In this document: one piece after another, positions 62,726 to 64,000 of the stretch
Layout: each line of letters begins with the position of its first letter
Position numbering within the stretch: the stretch's first letter is position 1
Assembly: GCA_040954595.2 (NCBI GenBank)
Contig: CM082595.2
Span: 5,420,137 to 5,484,136, forward strand
Source: Balanoglossus misakiensis
Taxonomy: Eukaryota > Animalia > Hemichordata
Reading direction: 5' to 3'
Length of the DNA stretch: 64,000 bases
Translations under genes and position numbers: made by a program
The notes under the pieces: model-generated
The model's database searches: none
What the model saw: only the letters and a program-made list of their open reading frames with translations
What the model was told of the DNA's origin: nothing

Positions 62726-63464
62726 TTTCGATGGAACGCTATACATCACATGTTGAATGCTTCGATATGCTACTCGATGGAAAATAGTTGCGGGCCTCGA
62801 TCTGCTCAAAGGAACGCTATAACCCATAAAATATTAAAAATTGACTGAATCGCCAAATTCGCAAAGTCGGGAATTTGTCATCTTTAGACAGTGTTCATAT
62901 AAACTACTGGATGGTACGCTATGGTCAAAGTTAAACTTTGGTGACCCACATGAAATATATAAGAAAACTATAAGTTCCATTACATGTAAATACATGGATT
63001 TTTTTCGGTGTCATTATTTGGGTATCAAAAAAGTTTCTTATACGCAGTGAAAAATGGTGAAATATTTTTATCCTATCAAAATTTACCTAGCCAAGTTAGA
63101 TTTGAATGTAACCAATCCATTGTTGAACTTTGACCATATTTAATGGAGTTATTGTCTGTCGGTTACGTGTGCAAGTCTGATAATCTTTTAACTCTGCCTA
63201 TCTACGTGGCTTTTGATGAAGGTGATTTTGGACCCTGAAAATCAGTCACAGACATATATACACACAGACTCGTACGCTTAAGACTATCACACACCAACTC
63301 ATGTCATTGGACCATCGCGCTTGGCAAAGTGCCAGCCGAGGGAACCTCAAAATGGGGACAGGTCAGGAGCGCGTTAAGGTGTTGTCACCGGGTATAAGGA
63401 CGCATGCGTACCCTTTTGGACCGGCCGTGTGTGTGCTGTCAAGGAATGTTCTCGCTGTGAAGAA

Positions 63465-63618
63465 ATGGAGGATAAGTTCAAACACCTGCGCGGAACGGGT
63501 GACTACGAGGTCAACGGGGTGCACTTCAACTGTTCTATCAATCGCCGGATCGTGAATTCACCTGATATAGTTGCTTGTCATGACGACGACATAATCTTGG
63601 CCAGCTTTCCACGGTCTG
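63465..63618 (+). CDS. Cytosolic sulfotransferase (SULT family), first coding exon; the gene continues beyond the window
   Basis: MEDKFKH...DDDIILASFPRSG followed by donor G|GTGAGT; DDxxxxS(F/Y)P(R/K)SG is the 5'-PAPS-binding loop. TATAAG lies at 63393-63398. Confidence 0.82.
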
Positions 63619-64000
63619 GTGAGTATGTATGAACGACCTTGAATCCATTGGGATATTTCGCTTGGTGGCGTGGCCCACCCTTCAACCTCGAACTTTTATG
63701 CGGTCAACAGAGACAATAAATGTACGCGGAGGGGCTAGACAATTCTTGGGGTGTGCAAGGAGTAGGGGTGAATATATATATATTCGGTTCGACCCCTTTA
63801 TATACAAATAATAATTTCATATACCCTGTTTTGAAGTAAATGGGGTCGATCATATGAACTGCATACGGACTATGGCTTTTGTGTTTTGAAACGCCCAGTC
63901 GTTATCGTTACCACTATTCAGAGAGATCCTGGCGTGACAGCGTGTGTCCAATGCTGAAACAATTCACATTTCACTCGATTGATAGATGGATATAATTCAC

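Overview
Eukaryotic (metazoan) genomic DNA with GT-AG introns, microsatellites and MITEs. Gene content and repeat style suggest an invertebrate deuterostome such as a hemichordate (inference). Hand splicing recovers 12 protein-coding genes: TTI1 (5' part, minus); a 17-exon secreted PAN-PAN-WSC-pentraxin-REJ-GAIN protein that stops exactly at the GPS site; a rhodopsin-class GPCR; two tandem FOXRED2-like flavoproteins lacking ER-targeting signals (one with a +1 homopolymer frameshift); a predicted ER-luminal JmjC oxygenase ending in HNEL, head-to-head with ANKRD49; a PARP12/ZAP-family CCCH-WWE-PARP gene with NF-kB/AP-1/CRE motifs upstream and an IRF/TATA/BANP promoter-like island in intron 1; and a compact methyltransferase / N-acyltransferase / methyltransferase / sulfotransferase cluster running off the right edge. 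The main leads are the tailoring-enzyme cluster, the GPS-terminated polycystin-like ectodomain and the intronic IRF promoter. Exon coordinates were derived by eye and checked for reading phase; no database searches were run.
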